A stretch of DNA of 64,000 nt from Styela clava (taxonomy: Eukaryota): assembly GCF_964204865.1 (NCBI RefSeq), contig NC_135258.1, positions 9,362,001 through 9,426,000 of the forward strand. The letters are read 5' to 3'. Below the pieces are notes generated by a model that worked only from the letters and a program-made list of their open reading frames with translations, was not told where the DNA came from and did no database searches. Shown piece by piece: positions 24,401 through 35,168 of this stretch (within the stretch, counting starts at the first letter, position 1; every line of letters begins with the position of its first letter). The position numbers and the translations under genes are program-made.

Positions 24401-24966
24401 GATATATACGAAGCAGAAAATGATGGCGGAAGTGTACCATCAACTTGCATATGTTGCCTTCGGAAAGGAATGTTGCGTTTTCTGCCTCCCGGTGTCTGAA
24501 TTACAGCCTGTAAATTCTTTTCCTGCAGTTTTTGAATACTTTCTGTTTTCGAAGCCGTTTCGCTTTCCAGGACACGAACTTTATGAACAAACTGATTATT
24601 CAAAAAACGTAAATCTGAATTTTCGTGATCAAGTTTGATGATTTTAGATTTTAATTCCTTCGAAGTTGCATCGATTTCTTCTTTCAATCTAACACATTGT
24701 AAATGAAGACTGTTATTCTCTTGTACAAGACGAGCGTTGTCCTTGCTATATGGTTCCAAAATATCATCAATATTTGGATTAGCTGTTGGTGCAGCTGCTT
24801 TATGCAAATTAACTTTTGCCTTCTTCAATGAATCTGTCGTGTGCAACAAATCCGAGAACAATTGATTTACCAGCGGCATAGAATCGATACCAAAGGCATG
24901 ACGATAACCCAGTTGATCCAACTGCTTTCGCAGGGTCACAAACTTTTGTTCTGTAACTTTGTTCAT
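21457..24966 (-). CDS. CEP135: Centrosomal protein of 135 kDa (BLD10/TSGA10 family), intronless CDS, 1169 aa
   Basis: N-terminus LRKQLDQLGYR...PLVNQLFSDLLHTTDSL, LQEKNLQAVIQTPGGRKRNIPFRRQHM, DDPYIADLLQVAD, LEGGRPHDVLSLE; C-terminal QLTNERYERERAVQELR; long coiled coil. Confidence 0.95.
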   Translation of the reverse strand: MNKVTEQKFVTLRKQLDQLGYRHAFGIDSMPLVNQLFSDLLHTTDSLKKAKVNLHKAAAPTANPNIDDILEPYSKDNARLVQENNSLHLQCVRLKEEIDATSKELKSKIIKLDHENSDLRFLNNQFVHKVRVLESETASKTESIQKLQEKNLQAVIQTPGGRKRNIPFRRQHMQVDGTLPPSFSASYISTQPDDPYIADLLQVADTKIDQLAVELKLLSESNYVCESKISTLRGQVEMRDREIERLNRCLEGGRPHDVLSLEAKNSANERLISHLNLQVEYLQQTNEELEIRLKEDEAQHEECQMSERRYADEVERLKLEIKEIDHLANQLENDKRKAVSAADLEIHEAQQELRRSQRQENDLESQLVNAEESREKLITENEDLHLRLQSQEQEIDGLNELLNKVKTDKDLLSKQVKNLMDKERELVMELEDQQLSGIGVHRKDRGESRLDAFIKTLEHERDYYKNECDLLNSMLQKREKQKDSDILRSTSRSPKNKIMDKSASEQFKQYEKVIRERDELQAMLDKFERHMSEIQANVKILTQERDKTNLLYEQTHDELQRLRREAVRSPRSAKASLTAQAILRRVETERDNAVSDLRRMTTERDSLREHINIQKNQSSTNITRLEQRLSDLADKIEALEGERIELKSRLQSTMESNIAQEEDLKALRAKLHELEAERQDAQERFEDSQTCRMQLDASLENTKQKLSKKMKEHEVLEDRVRVLENRIAELLDTSTRQTDDATGLRTTVTILDREKDGLQATLDEKTEKIALLEDQIAKRESQIMDQRVTISNIEKQLDRATEDISSSDRELRSLRRQLDTTQTELAEALRGRDVAVRENSRLQDDLATLTRENQDLNIELDNVLREREEGRVKIKEFISRVANSEGNIASKDREMLDLLEQYRKVSVERDTTESKYRLLADETQALKLELMTAENEKVRLGDKNRCLEQEVLEHLHSQQIYENNIAELTSNIQRLENEIHRSNEERSLIAVDLSSARDLNAKLDIGKEQFVRQLASKNVEYEQLKVRHDELTREVEILQEQIESDRMERKNLESLIASSREKEYRSQTSMQELNGSYQNLKDQLSLAEGKLTHQGREVNTLRAKVSQLDADLEITKRQLTNERYERERAVQELRKHNLPSPITSRSDRPSPSQRPRSASPARASFLDTK

Positions 24967-25553
24967 CGTGAATCATCTGCAAGGAAACAATTCATGGATT
25001 AATCAACCTCTTAAATAGATTACTATCAACAACATTCAACGCTGGCTCATGATTTTTTATGCTAGTGCGCTCAAAGTGGTTTGCAGACTTTTCTAAACAC
25101 AAAACTGATCGAGTTATGATTCTGTTTTACATTCACCTTGGAAGTTATTGAAAAACAATAATATATAAATACACAAATATTTATAGTGTTATTTACAGAT
25201 ATTTATTCACCATAGTAGCAACATATATCGCTAACTGCTGCACCGTAACAACGGTTATTTACTAACTATGCTCGGCTTGCAATCACTGTCATAATTGATG
25301 TATTTTAATGTGGGGCTTCTCTCTTGGAATCGGAGAACTGTGACGTACTGGATTTTGAATATATCTTTATTCAAATATTGTTCGTTTGAAATAGAAAATG
25401 GCATCCAATAAAACAATAGTTATTCAAGTACAACAGAAATGCATACAAACTCCTATTTTAAATATTCATCTGATTTACTGTGTCATGATTTTTACAGATA
25501 GGTATGCAAACGACTCAAATCTGCATTTTATTTGCGACCACTATACAGATTTT

Positions 25554-26007
25554 GGGTCTGGTATAGTTTAGTACCACATTCACTTCTAGTTAGCCTGGCT
25601 CAACAATTTTTGCATATGTCAATCCTAACCCTTACCTGACTACGTCACCAAAAAATTACGTCATCTCGACGTCGCAGTGGCGTAATAAGGCCCACCAAAG
25701 TATGTGGATGGTCGTCCAAATCGCGCAGACGATCACCCGAAATCGAGCAAGCTATTTCTCTCGTTTCCTTGTCACAACGATCACGATAGGAGAGAGATCG
25801 CCGGCTTTAGCGAGTTCGTTATCGGAGGAGCAGATGCCATTTCGGGCGATCGTAATTATAATTTGGCAAGCCCTATGACGTGATGGTGACGTCGTAGTGA
25901 CGTAATTTTTGGATGGCATAGTCAGGTGGTGGTTAGGAATAAAATATGCAAAATTCGTTATGCTACGCCCAATGAAAGTACTTGTGGTACTAAACTATAC
26001 TAGACCC
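25554..26007. mobile_element. MITE with GG...CC termini and 8-bp TSD (Merlin-like family 2)
   Basis: TIR gggtctggtatagtttagtaccaca / tgtggtactaaactatactagaccc; TSD cagatttt (25546-25553, 26008-26015). A related fragment lies near 27075-27210. Confidence 0.85.
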
Positions 26008-26637
26008 CAGATTTTATGTAGTCTAAAATCAAGGCATGTCTTTTGCAGTTTTGTCAATAACATCTTTCAACAGTCTGACAGTTTGGCACAGTTCTCCATT
26101 CCGAGATGTCCCATCATTCAGACATCAGGTTCAATAAAACAAGCACTCCCTTGTCTCTCAAAAAAGGGCATAAACTTCCTGGGCAACTCAAAAACACAGG
26201 TGTAATAAATATTTATATTATAAACAGTGAGGACAGAAGTAAAACTGTTCTATCTAGGTATCATTCAGACAAATGCTGAATTGCCAGTTTAATCAATCAA
26301 TCAATCAATTTTATTTCGGTCGCTCTGGTATAAAACAAAACAATAAACGAACAAACACAAAATTAATTTAGTTTAATTAGGCTAACACGTTGCAGGCAGC
26401 CTTAAGTATTCTACAAAAAATAATTATTTCAATAGCTCACTTGATCATCCTTCGTTAGTAATAATTTATTCCATATCCGATTCTTTAATGAGCCTAACAA
26501 TGAAATACAACCAACGGCAATAATCCGCGAGCGAATCGTCAAAATCGACGAGGGACGGCACCGCAAAGTAAACAACACAGCATACGGTAAGTTTCGAAAA
26601 ACAGAGGGAAACGGTTGACTGTAATTTTTCAATTCAA

Positions 26638-26654
26638 TAGCGCCATCTAGCGTC
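26638..26654 (-). promoter_or_regulatory. Candidate CTCF-like motif in the CEP135/FBXW2 divergent promoter region
   Basis: Minus strand gacgctagatggcgcta resembles the CTCF core (AG[A/G][T/G]GGCGC), within a CpG-richer patch at about 26500-26700. Confidence 0.3.
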
Positions 26655-27559
26655 TCACAACTTCTCAGATAAGATCGGACATAAAACATCGTTACCCTAT
26701 GTTCTCTATTATCGTTTCACAGCTCTGTTGTATGTATACCAGTATACGATATTCTTTGACTATTTAATAATCCACATTGTGGAGCTCGTCAAAATGAAAT
26801 ATATTACAGGTACCGGTTTTGATACGTTATTGATAGTAGTTTATTCCTAGGTAAGTGATGCGAATTTCGAAAATATATCTCTTCCATACGGCAGTACGGT
26901 AAGCAAGTACCTTCACGCCCGCCGACTGGCGGCAGCAGTAAAACTGTAAAAGTCGGGGTAATGTTTTTTCAGTTCGGTAATATGCTTGGGGTACTATATT
27001 TCTGTATTTGTTTATTGCTGATCAATTTAGGCCATATCCATTTCTAAGGAGAGTTCTACTCGTGTTGACCAGCCAGTCTAGTATAGTTCAGTAGTTTAGT
27101 ATCACTGTACAGCTGTAGGCTACCATGATTCTGTAATTACTTCCAGTTGGCATAGCATAACGAATTTTGCATATGTCTGTATGTTATTCCTGACCCCCAC
27201 CTGACTATGCCATAAGATCGCCGTGGACCGAATAGTAATGTTTTTATTTAGACGTATGAAGAAGCAACTGCGAGTTACGTTTGACTCATAAAATTAATAT
27301 ATAAAGATATTTCAGAATCTCGTAGTTGTCATGGATTGAATATTTTACGTGACAAGATGATCATTATACGCTGAAAGGAACGAGCGCGGAATCGCGGTGG
27401 CTGTTACAGGAGGCAATGGGAATTTCCGATTTCGAAAATCGTGAAATCCTTGAAAACTTATTGCTAATTTCAGACATAACAATATGATACACATAATAAC
27501 AATATAGTTCACATAAATTAATATACAAATATACTGGTAGGTAGTAGAATACTCTAGAC

Positions 27560-28525
27560 CAGGGCTTCCCAAACTTTTGAGCTCGCGGCCCCTTTTGATA
27601 TATTAAAGTTTTTCGCGGCCCTTGTTCACGCTAATAATGCTAAAAAGTTCAAAATATGCTTTTTAATATTTTATTGACACAGCCAATTCTTAACTTTTAA
27701 TAGGGCTACTCAATAACAAAAACATCTTTACTCAAATTATTCAATGTAATGGTGCAAATCTTTCTTGCTCAACTCTGCCTAGTTTTTCTTCAAAATGCTC
27801 AAAACTCACTCATGTTCGATGAGATTCTCATGTTCTGAAAGTTCGGTTTTCTGTAGATAAAGATTATTTCTACTTGGTTCAAAAAGCGTTGCGCACCACA
27901 TCTCCTTTGCGATTTCGTATTTATATTAAGCAGGCTTTTCTACCATGGCCCATTGAATTCGATTTCACTGACTGTTGTTAGATTTTGTTTGTTCGTTTAT
28001 ATTAAACTCAATGCAAAAAAGGTATTATATTATATTAAAAGATATTATATTGAAATGTATCAATACGTACGGTATTTTTCACGGGAAGTCGCAACTTGAG
28101 CATATTTCTGGAGGTCGTCACAATACAATTAAGTTCGAAAACTACTGAGTCCTATAGTTGAAAGAAATCTACTTTTTAAATTGTTGATAACCTATATGTA
28201 GCCGCTATTTTTAATGGAAACGTGCTATTAAATTTGTATCATATTCCGGTATTCATATTTCGTATATTAATCTCGTTATTCTCAACATCCCCCTAAAATG
28301 AGCTCCAGTGTTCAAAAGAAAATTGATGACAATTATTATCGGGAAAACACGGTGTGATGATGTATATTCACTCGGAATCGTGAATTTATCGTTTTACACT
28401 ATTTTTAATGATTGTATTTCAAATTAGGAGTCTGAAAAAGTGCAATAGATATAGTACTTTGTGTAAAATTGGTGTTCTCTTCGCGACCCCTTCCAGGGCC
28501 GCGGCCCCTAGTTTGGGAAGCCCTG
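27560..28525. mobile_element. Non-autonomous hAT (Buster/Charlie-type) element, 966 bp
   Basis: Perfect 16-bp TIR cagggcttcccaaact / agtttgggaagccctg; perfect TSD ctctagac (NNNTANNN); subterminal cgcggccc repeats. Confidence 0.92.
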
Positions 28526-29573
28526 CTCTAGACATAATGGATATTCGAATGTTGTTCCTTGCTTCAGTTGCCTGTATTGCCAATGAATTTTATTACTCTC
28601 AGAAAATATACACACTTATCTGAATACAAGTAGTGTTTTTGTCAATAGACTTGACTATTATCGTAAAATCATGGTACCATTGATAGAAAGCGTCAGACAA
28701 CTCCTTGGCTATCTTTTCTTATGGTCATTTGTACTAAGTGTACAACTGACTGTGTCACAAGTTGCTATTATTTTCATTGATAGCTATAAACTATCAATTA
28801 ATTTGTGTACATATACTGTTGGTTTGTGGCTTTATTCTGATATTTCTATTGAAGCTTATTTCCTATTTTACTGGGTTTTAATGGACTAAAACTAAAAAAA
28901 ATATGTTATTTTCGATTTTAGAATGTATTCGGAAATGGCCATCCCTGCTCAAACCTCAAATAAGTTAGACATTTATGGACCTCAGGGGCTTGGAGTCAAA
29001 GTTTTTAATATATTGATATTATATGATTATATTGATATGATTCTTTCCACAGCAAGTATTTTTTTGGTCCTTTGAACATTTTAGGAATTATTTCGTACAT
29101 ATCCCACTTACCGTAATATGCATATAACTGTTTTTTTCAAGTTTTATATCTATTCTATTGATAGATATATTTATTAAATATATGTTTTTTTTATAATCAG
29201 TATATAATTTTATTGAAAGACTAATTAATTCGTTCTTGGGGTTTCGTGCTGCAATGGCAATATCACATTCTTCTATTCATTCTAAAATGAGTAATGCTTA
29301 TTGGCACCAAAAAATTTTCTTCCAGATAATGCCATTGAATTCCAATTGTCTAGGCTCATATACTTAACAACAAACAACATGCTTTAAATTACTTGATTAT
29401 GCAATAATATTCCTTGCAACAATATAACCCATTCGTTACACACTGTGTGAGGCTACGACATATGTCTGGCCCATGCCAGAACCATTTTTAATATTTTAGA
29501 CCTGTGTTGTCATCAAAGCCTGGGCAATATGCTATTTATTTAATCTTACTTCTGATACTATTTTTTAGCAAAT

Positions 29574-31448
29574 ATGGCAGAAAAAATAAAATTTTCTAAG
29601 ATGAATCACTGGTTGTCCAAAGTTGTAGCAGACTTTCAAGAATTGTCAACTGAAGATAAAATTACAGCATTGGATGGGATTATAGATGCATGTGAAGCAC
29701 CCGAACTGAAATATCTTTCAGATCGTCTGGAAATATTTTTGAAGCGGGACTTTGTTCGATTTCTTCCAACAGAAATATGTATTTATCTTCTGAGCTGGCT
29801 AGATCCCATTTCATTAGGACGATGCTGCCTAGTCAGTAAAACTTGGAATGAAGCTGTTTCTGCGTGTCAGCCAGCATGGTTAAAAGCATGCAAGACTATC
29901 GGGTGGAAAGTGGATGATTCCATAATGTCTGGAGGTTATTGGAAAAAAACTTACCAGCGAGCTCTGATAAGACTACAGCAATTAAAAAGTGGTTCTGCTT
30001 TTAAGGTATTAACTTTACTTGGACATACGGCTCGTGTATATACTCTTCGATACAACGGAAATAATTTGATGGCGTCTGGTTCAGATGACCGAAGCGTGAG
30101 ACTTTGGGATGTGGTAACCGGAGAATGTTTACAGATTATACAGACTCATACATGTGCAGATCTTGCATTTGATGAATATTTTGTGTACACTGCTTCTTTC
30201 GATAACACGATTGGATGTTGGGAGTGGAGTTCGGGAGACATGATTCGGAATTATAGAGGACATACTGGGGCTGTTTTTAGCGTCTCTTATGACAATGAAA
30301 GAGAGTTGCTTGTATCTGGATCGGCAGATAAAACAGTTCGTTTATGGCAACTTTCAACAGGTGAACAAATAAACATGTATCATGGACATAGAGAATGGGT
30401 AACAAAAGTCATTTTAAGAAAGAGTGAAGTTGATTCCCTTCACCATAAGCCTGGTGATTATGTTATCTTATCTATGGACAAGGTTGAGATAAGAATATGG
30501 CTGATAAGTGAGGAGGTCAACTGTCAAAGTTTATGTGAATTATCAGCTACTGATTGTAGTGATAAACTTTTATCAAATTCAATGCCATCTTATCCTACTA
30601 CTCCTCTTAATACTGATGATAACAATGAACATTGCTTCCTTCATCCGCAACTTCTTTTTGATGGCACACGGATTATGTGCTCATCCGAGCGAGGAGTATT
30701 GGAATGGGATTTTAAAGACTATACTCTAACTCGAGTAACTCCTCATCAAAACGACCCATCTTTTCTACTTGGAGCGGGTAAAACTATGTTTTTTGCTGCA
30801 GACACTCGAGAAAACTGTTTGTTTATTAGAGTGCTTGATAGCACCACAGAATCGCAACATCCTAATTTGTTAAACCGTAAAAAACTAGTGTTAGAAAATA
30901 ATCCCTCAGTTAGTCACCCAAGTCCTAGTCCGGAAACGGTCGACTATGAAGTCGAATCAGAGCCCTGTAAGGCTTGTTGCAGCAGTTCATTACCTGAACA
31001 ATCATTAAAACTTCCAAAATTTTCGACGAAACTAAGCCTGGAAGTTACTGAAACCCCAAATACAGACGATTCTGCAAGACATCATGGTATACCTAATAGT
31101 AGTAGCACAGTTGAAGATGAATTAATTAACGATATCAATTATAACAGTATTAAATTACCAAAATCAAAGACTGACAGTCATATTCCTACTGTAATATCTA
31201 ATAACATAACTCCCGACGATGGAGGCACTTTTCAACTCCAACAGAATGTTGGAACGGAAAGTCTTCCAGGCGTTTTGGGGCGGTGGAATTTACCTATGTG
31301 TCGTTGGTCAAAACGAGGTTCAAATTATGTTTGTGGAGATCAATCGTGGTTGAATGGTTTTAGTGATGCGAACCATTCCGGTTTAGTATTTGCAGCGGCG
31401 TTACCAGACCATTCTATATATTTATTACAATGGTCTGATTGTTCATAG
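29574..31448 (+). CDS. FBXW2: F-box/WD repeat-containing protein 2, intronless CDS, 624 aa
   Basis: LKRDFVRFLPTEICIYLLSWLDP (F-box), GHTARVY, IQTHTCA, SFDNTIGCWEWSSG, GHTGAVFSV, PGDYVILSMDK; C-terminal SKRGSNYVCGDQSWLNG...GLVFAAALPDHSIYL is diagnostic of FBXW2. Confidence 0.93.
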   Translation: MAEKIKFSKMNHWLSKVVADFQELSTEDKITALDGIIDACEAPELKYLSDRLEIFLKRDFVRFLPTEICIYLLSWLDPISLGRCCLVSKTWNEAVSACQPAWLKACKTIGWKVDDSIMSGGYWKKTYQRALIRLQQLKSGSAFKVLTLLGHTARVYTLRYNGNNLMASGSDDRSVRLWDVVTGECLQIIQTHTCADLAFDEYFVYTASFDNTIGCWEWSSGDMIRNYRGHTGAVFSVSYDNERELLVSGSADKTVRLWQLSTGEQINMYHGHREWVTKVILRKSEVDSLHHKPGDYVILSMDKVEIRIWLISEEVNCQSLCELSATDCSDKLLSNSMPSYPTTPLNTDDNNEHCFLHPQLLFDGTRIMCSSERGVLEWDFKDYTLTRVTPHQNDPSFLLGAGKTMFFAADTRENCLFIRVLDSTTESQHPNLLNRKKLVLENNPSVSHPSPSPETVDYEVESEPCKACCSSSLPEQSLKLPKFSTKLSLEVTETPNTDDSARHHGIPNSSSTVEDELINDINYNSIKLPKSKTDSHIPTVISNNITPDDGGTFQLQQNVGTESLPGVLGRWNLPMCRWSKRGSNYVCGDQSWLNGFSDANHSGLVFAAALPDHSIYLLQWSDCS

Positions 31449-31941
31449 TATTATTGTTGTTAAATAATCATAGCCTGAGAGAATTTAAAATAAATATATA
31501 AAATATATGTAATGTTCTATTTATTAAAAAAAGCATTGGATATTCAGATAAACAAAACTACTGCCATTTTAGTTTTCAATACAGTAACAGCACAATTTTG
31601 GGAATATTGGTGATTACTGAAAAAGGGGATAATTGTAATATATGGATTGAGCACAGAAAAAGAGTACGAGTAGATTGTTAGAAGCGGATTATTCCCAGCA
31701 GTAGTCCAAACCCCTAATTTAGATTTGTCGATATTCCTTTATTCCTAGGCTAAATATTTCCACTGCATATTGAGACTAACTATAATATAGGTGCATCAGC
31801 GGCATGGCAATTAATGATAGGTAGCCTCCAAGTAAAGTGTTTTTTTTATTGGAAGTGACATCCGATTTTTGTACACTTTGTTGTTTAGAAAAATATAAAA
31901 TATTATTGATATACAAAAATAGTTATGGTAGTTGATAATAG

Positions 31942-34133
31942 CTAAAATGTAACAGTTTCCATCATTAATATTTTGCTTTCAACAAGATTTTTCAACCAGA
32001 TTTCACGAAATCTTGATTTTCCTGGCCTGAAAATATATATGATGTAAGGATAGAGATTTTGTGTAAAAATAAATACAACAACAGTCATTACAAAATCACT
32101 TACTTATGGACTAATCTGTTTCCTTCGAATATGTAAAATACTTCAACAGGCAAAGTCTGTAAAAATGAAGTTTATTATTGGTCGCTGACAATGACACTAT
32201 ATACATACAAATGCTCAGGGGAAATCAATATTTCAAGATACTTAATTCTTTATGACATCATGAAAATTTTTTCATAAAGTATTCTTTTAGCATCGGTTTC
32301 GCCAATGCGGTGTTTCTCTTTAATATATAACTATACTAGATTAATCAATTTTCAATTTTGATTACTTGAAGAAAATTATCTGACAGTGAAGAATTACTTG
32401 GAAAATTGCACACAATTATCATGGTCCATGTCCATTCATTCGTATTACTTTTTGCTTTCTCGTTTTAATAATGTGTTCTCATACCATATGATTGCGCCTG
32501 AATGTTTTTTTATATCGTTCTTTTTATCATCAGAGTTCAAAATGGAACATTCGAAGGCAATCAAACTGAGGACCTTAGCACTGAGATTTCACTAACTATT
32601 TTAAAACCATTTGACAAAATGAATGTCATAGTTCTGACCAAGTCTATGCTAGCTTATGGAGATAGTACAAAACATTTGCACTTGCACATATAGTAGTACC
32701 CTTCAAATGCCTCACTTTAGTTTATTCTACTAGACTTTAGAATTGTTGACAAAATTTTGAAGCGTTTACCTTAGGTTTAATCTTCGAAAGACTGATTGTA
32801 AAGTAGACACAGGCAGTTGCTCTAGGTATTGGTTTTCTTCTAGTTGGTATGCTCCATCTTACTCTATATTTATGTCGAATATCATAATCAAATTCTGTGT
32901 CACCCATATAATCGATACAGTATAACCATGCTGAATCTCGCTTCCAAGTCTGTTATAGTAAAATATATCTAATATGAATATATTGTATTATGAAAAATGT
33001 TTCATATAGGTAATCGGCGAAGAACTAGAATAACAAGTTAATATGCTGCAAGAGGATATCCGAACTCCTTGCTCTTGTAGAACCTGAAAACTATTTATAG
33101 TCTATAAAATTAAACAATTACCGTAACTTGTTAGCTATTACAGATCCAGCCTTAACTTATCACCAGTCAAAGATTGTACATATAGGTACTCCTAAAGTAT
33201 GCACACCAAGATGTCTCACAACCTGAATCTAACCTGGTACACAACCTGAGTTCACGTTGTGCGCCATCTTGGTGTGCATACTTCAGGAGGACCTACATAA
33301 TTGGCTTCAACATTTGAGAGCATAGTTTAGTGAAGTTCTCTATATAATACACATTTGCATACACATTACACATATATAAAATTTAGCACAAAGAGCAAAA
33401 TTCAAGACATACAGCGATGAACTTCTCTATCTGACCCACTCCATTTTCTGGAGTGAAGTTTTCACAAGACGACCATTCTATGTTTGGAATTCCAAAGTCT
33501 TCTTTATCTTCAAATATTATTGGAAGGTTGGCCTGAAAATATATATATATATATACGGTCAGTGATGAGCTAGAAAAATCGTAACAACCGGAACGCACCA
33601 AATTCGTGAAAATGTAATATATATTTACAACACGGCGCTACCAGTAATTTTGTCTATCGTAAGATAGAGCCGAAGAACTACAATGAAATTATCTGAAATA
33701 TGACTTTTTAAAATTGAAAGAATATTCATACTAATTCAATACAAATGTTCACAAGGGTCAAAGGTCGGCAAAACATTCATTATACATTACTGCTGTGCAC
33801 TAATTATTTGCCAGCTGAAATGTAAAAATAATTATGATGCAACAAAACATCAATTAATAACTAAGTTTCCCGAGGAAACCAGACTTTTCGAACCATAATT
33901 TTATTTTAACAACAGGAACGCAATGAACTGTCCAACAACCGGAACGCCGTTGGTATATGAAGCTTCAAGGCCTATCCAAGCCAGATTTGACATATCATAT
34001 AAAATATACATACCAAATTATGTCTAATTTCAACTGAAACATCATGAACAGCTTTTGCTATTACGTCGTCGACTATTTTGAATGCTTCCTCATCAAATTC
34101 AGCAGGATCTTCATCACTCCATCTTACAGGCAT
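31942..34133 (-). CDS. AKAP14: A-kinase anchor protein 14 (AKAP28)-like, about 185 aa
   Basis: Exons 34133-34014, 33532-33413, 32949-32770, 32156-32104, 32026-31942 (558 nt, open frame). Amphipathic helix EEAFKIVDDVIAKAV, NIEWSSCENFTPENGVGQIEKFI, YRVRWSIPTRRKPIPRATACVYF, VFYIFEGNRLVHKPGKSRFREIWLKNL match the AKAP28 domain. Confidence 0.9.
33185..33293. mobile_element. Short Merlin-like MITE, same subfamily as 19343-19453
   Basis: ggtactcctaaagtatgcacaccaagatg / catcttggtgtgcatacttcaggaggacc; imperfect TSD tacatata/tacataat. Confidence 0.8.
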
Positions 34134-34496
34134 TTTTTAGTCACAACAACTATACAGTAGTATCCCTAAAACCTTTAAACCTATCAATATGGTACTATGA
34201 AATTAATGATAACAAGGTAAAAATAGTGAGACACAAATGAAAGTCGCACAATTCACAACACAGTGATGAAAATGATTTATGAAAACTACAGGATTACATT
34301 AAAATATACCTAGTTCTCCAGTAAGCTATTGAATATAATCATCAACAAATATGAGCAGGTAGTCTAATCCAATGATCAGATTTTAGAATTCATATAAGTT
34401 TTATTGTCTATCATTGAAGGCAAGCGGATTTAAAATGTTCTCCCGTATGACCTTGTAAGCAATTCTTTCAACAGAACAAATTATCTGAATTTATTA

Positions 34497-35096
34497 TCAA
34501 ATATCCAGAGGGTTCAGACCGAACTCTAGAAGAGTAATTTTAGTTTGTTCCTGTATTTTAATTCCTTCTTGATCCCATTTATCCTTAGCTTCATCAATTT
34601 TTCCAATAAGTGAATCAAGCGAAGCCGTAAGGACTCCTTCGTATGATATTTCCATTTCATCGATTCTTTTTTCCAATATTCTGATTGTTTCGTTTTTTTC
34701 CTGTTCCATTTCTTCTTTTTCTCGTTTCGTTGTTTCAAGCTCTTGTCTTGCATTCGCTACTTGTTGTCTTAGATGTTCTACTTCTGTGTTTAGTTCTCGC
34801 ATTCTAATGTCCATATCCGTGTGCATCGTTTTATATTGTCGAGTCAACTCTGCACTGACATCTTTTTGTTCCAATTTCTGCTCCTCAAGATTTTCCTCCA
34901 TTTCATGAAGACGATTCTTCCAATCTGATGCTTGGGCTTGTGATCTCCGAGCAATTTCATTTCGATGAGCGAGATGTTCTTTCAGAATTTCAATTTCTCT
35001 AACAGTCTTTTTAAATTTGTCTTCTTCTTTTGCTACATCCTTCTTTTTGCCCTTCTTTCCTTTCTTTCCCTTGCCCTTTTTCTTTTTTGGTGGCAT
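34497..35096 (-). CDS. CCDC153: Coiled-coil domain-containing protein 153 (DRC12)-like, intronless, 199 aa
   Basis: Basic N-terminus MPPKKKKGKGKKGKK, EIEILKEHLAHR, AELTRQYKTM, C-terminal LLEFGLNPLDI. Confidence 0.85.
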   Translation of the reverse strand: MPPKKKKGKGKKGKKGKKKDVAKEEDKFKKTVREIEILKEHLAHRNEIARRSQAQASDWKNRLHEMEENLEEQKLEQKDVSAELTRQYKTMHTDMDIRMRELNTEVEHLRQQVANARQELETTKREKEEMEQEKNETIRILEKRIDEMEISYEGVLTASLDSLIGKIDEAKDKWDQEGIKIQEQTKITLLEFGLNPLDI

Positions 35097-35168
35097 TTTA
35101 TTTATTTACTATAATAGAATTTGATAGTGCTTGAATAAATAAGAAGTAAAATAAAGCATAATGTATAT

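Noticed and set aside
22175-24638. Several plus-strand ORFs of 67-157 aa
   Set aside because: Antisense shadows of the CEP135 coiled-coil CDS; S/L-rich with no family features.
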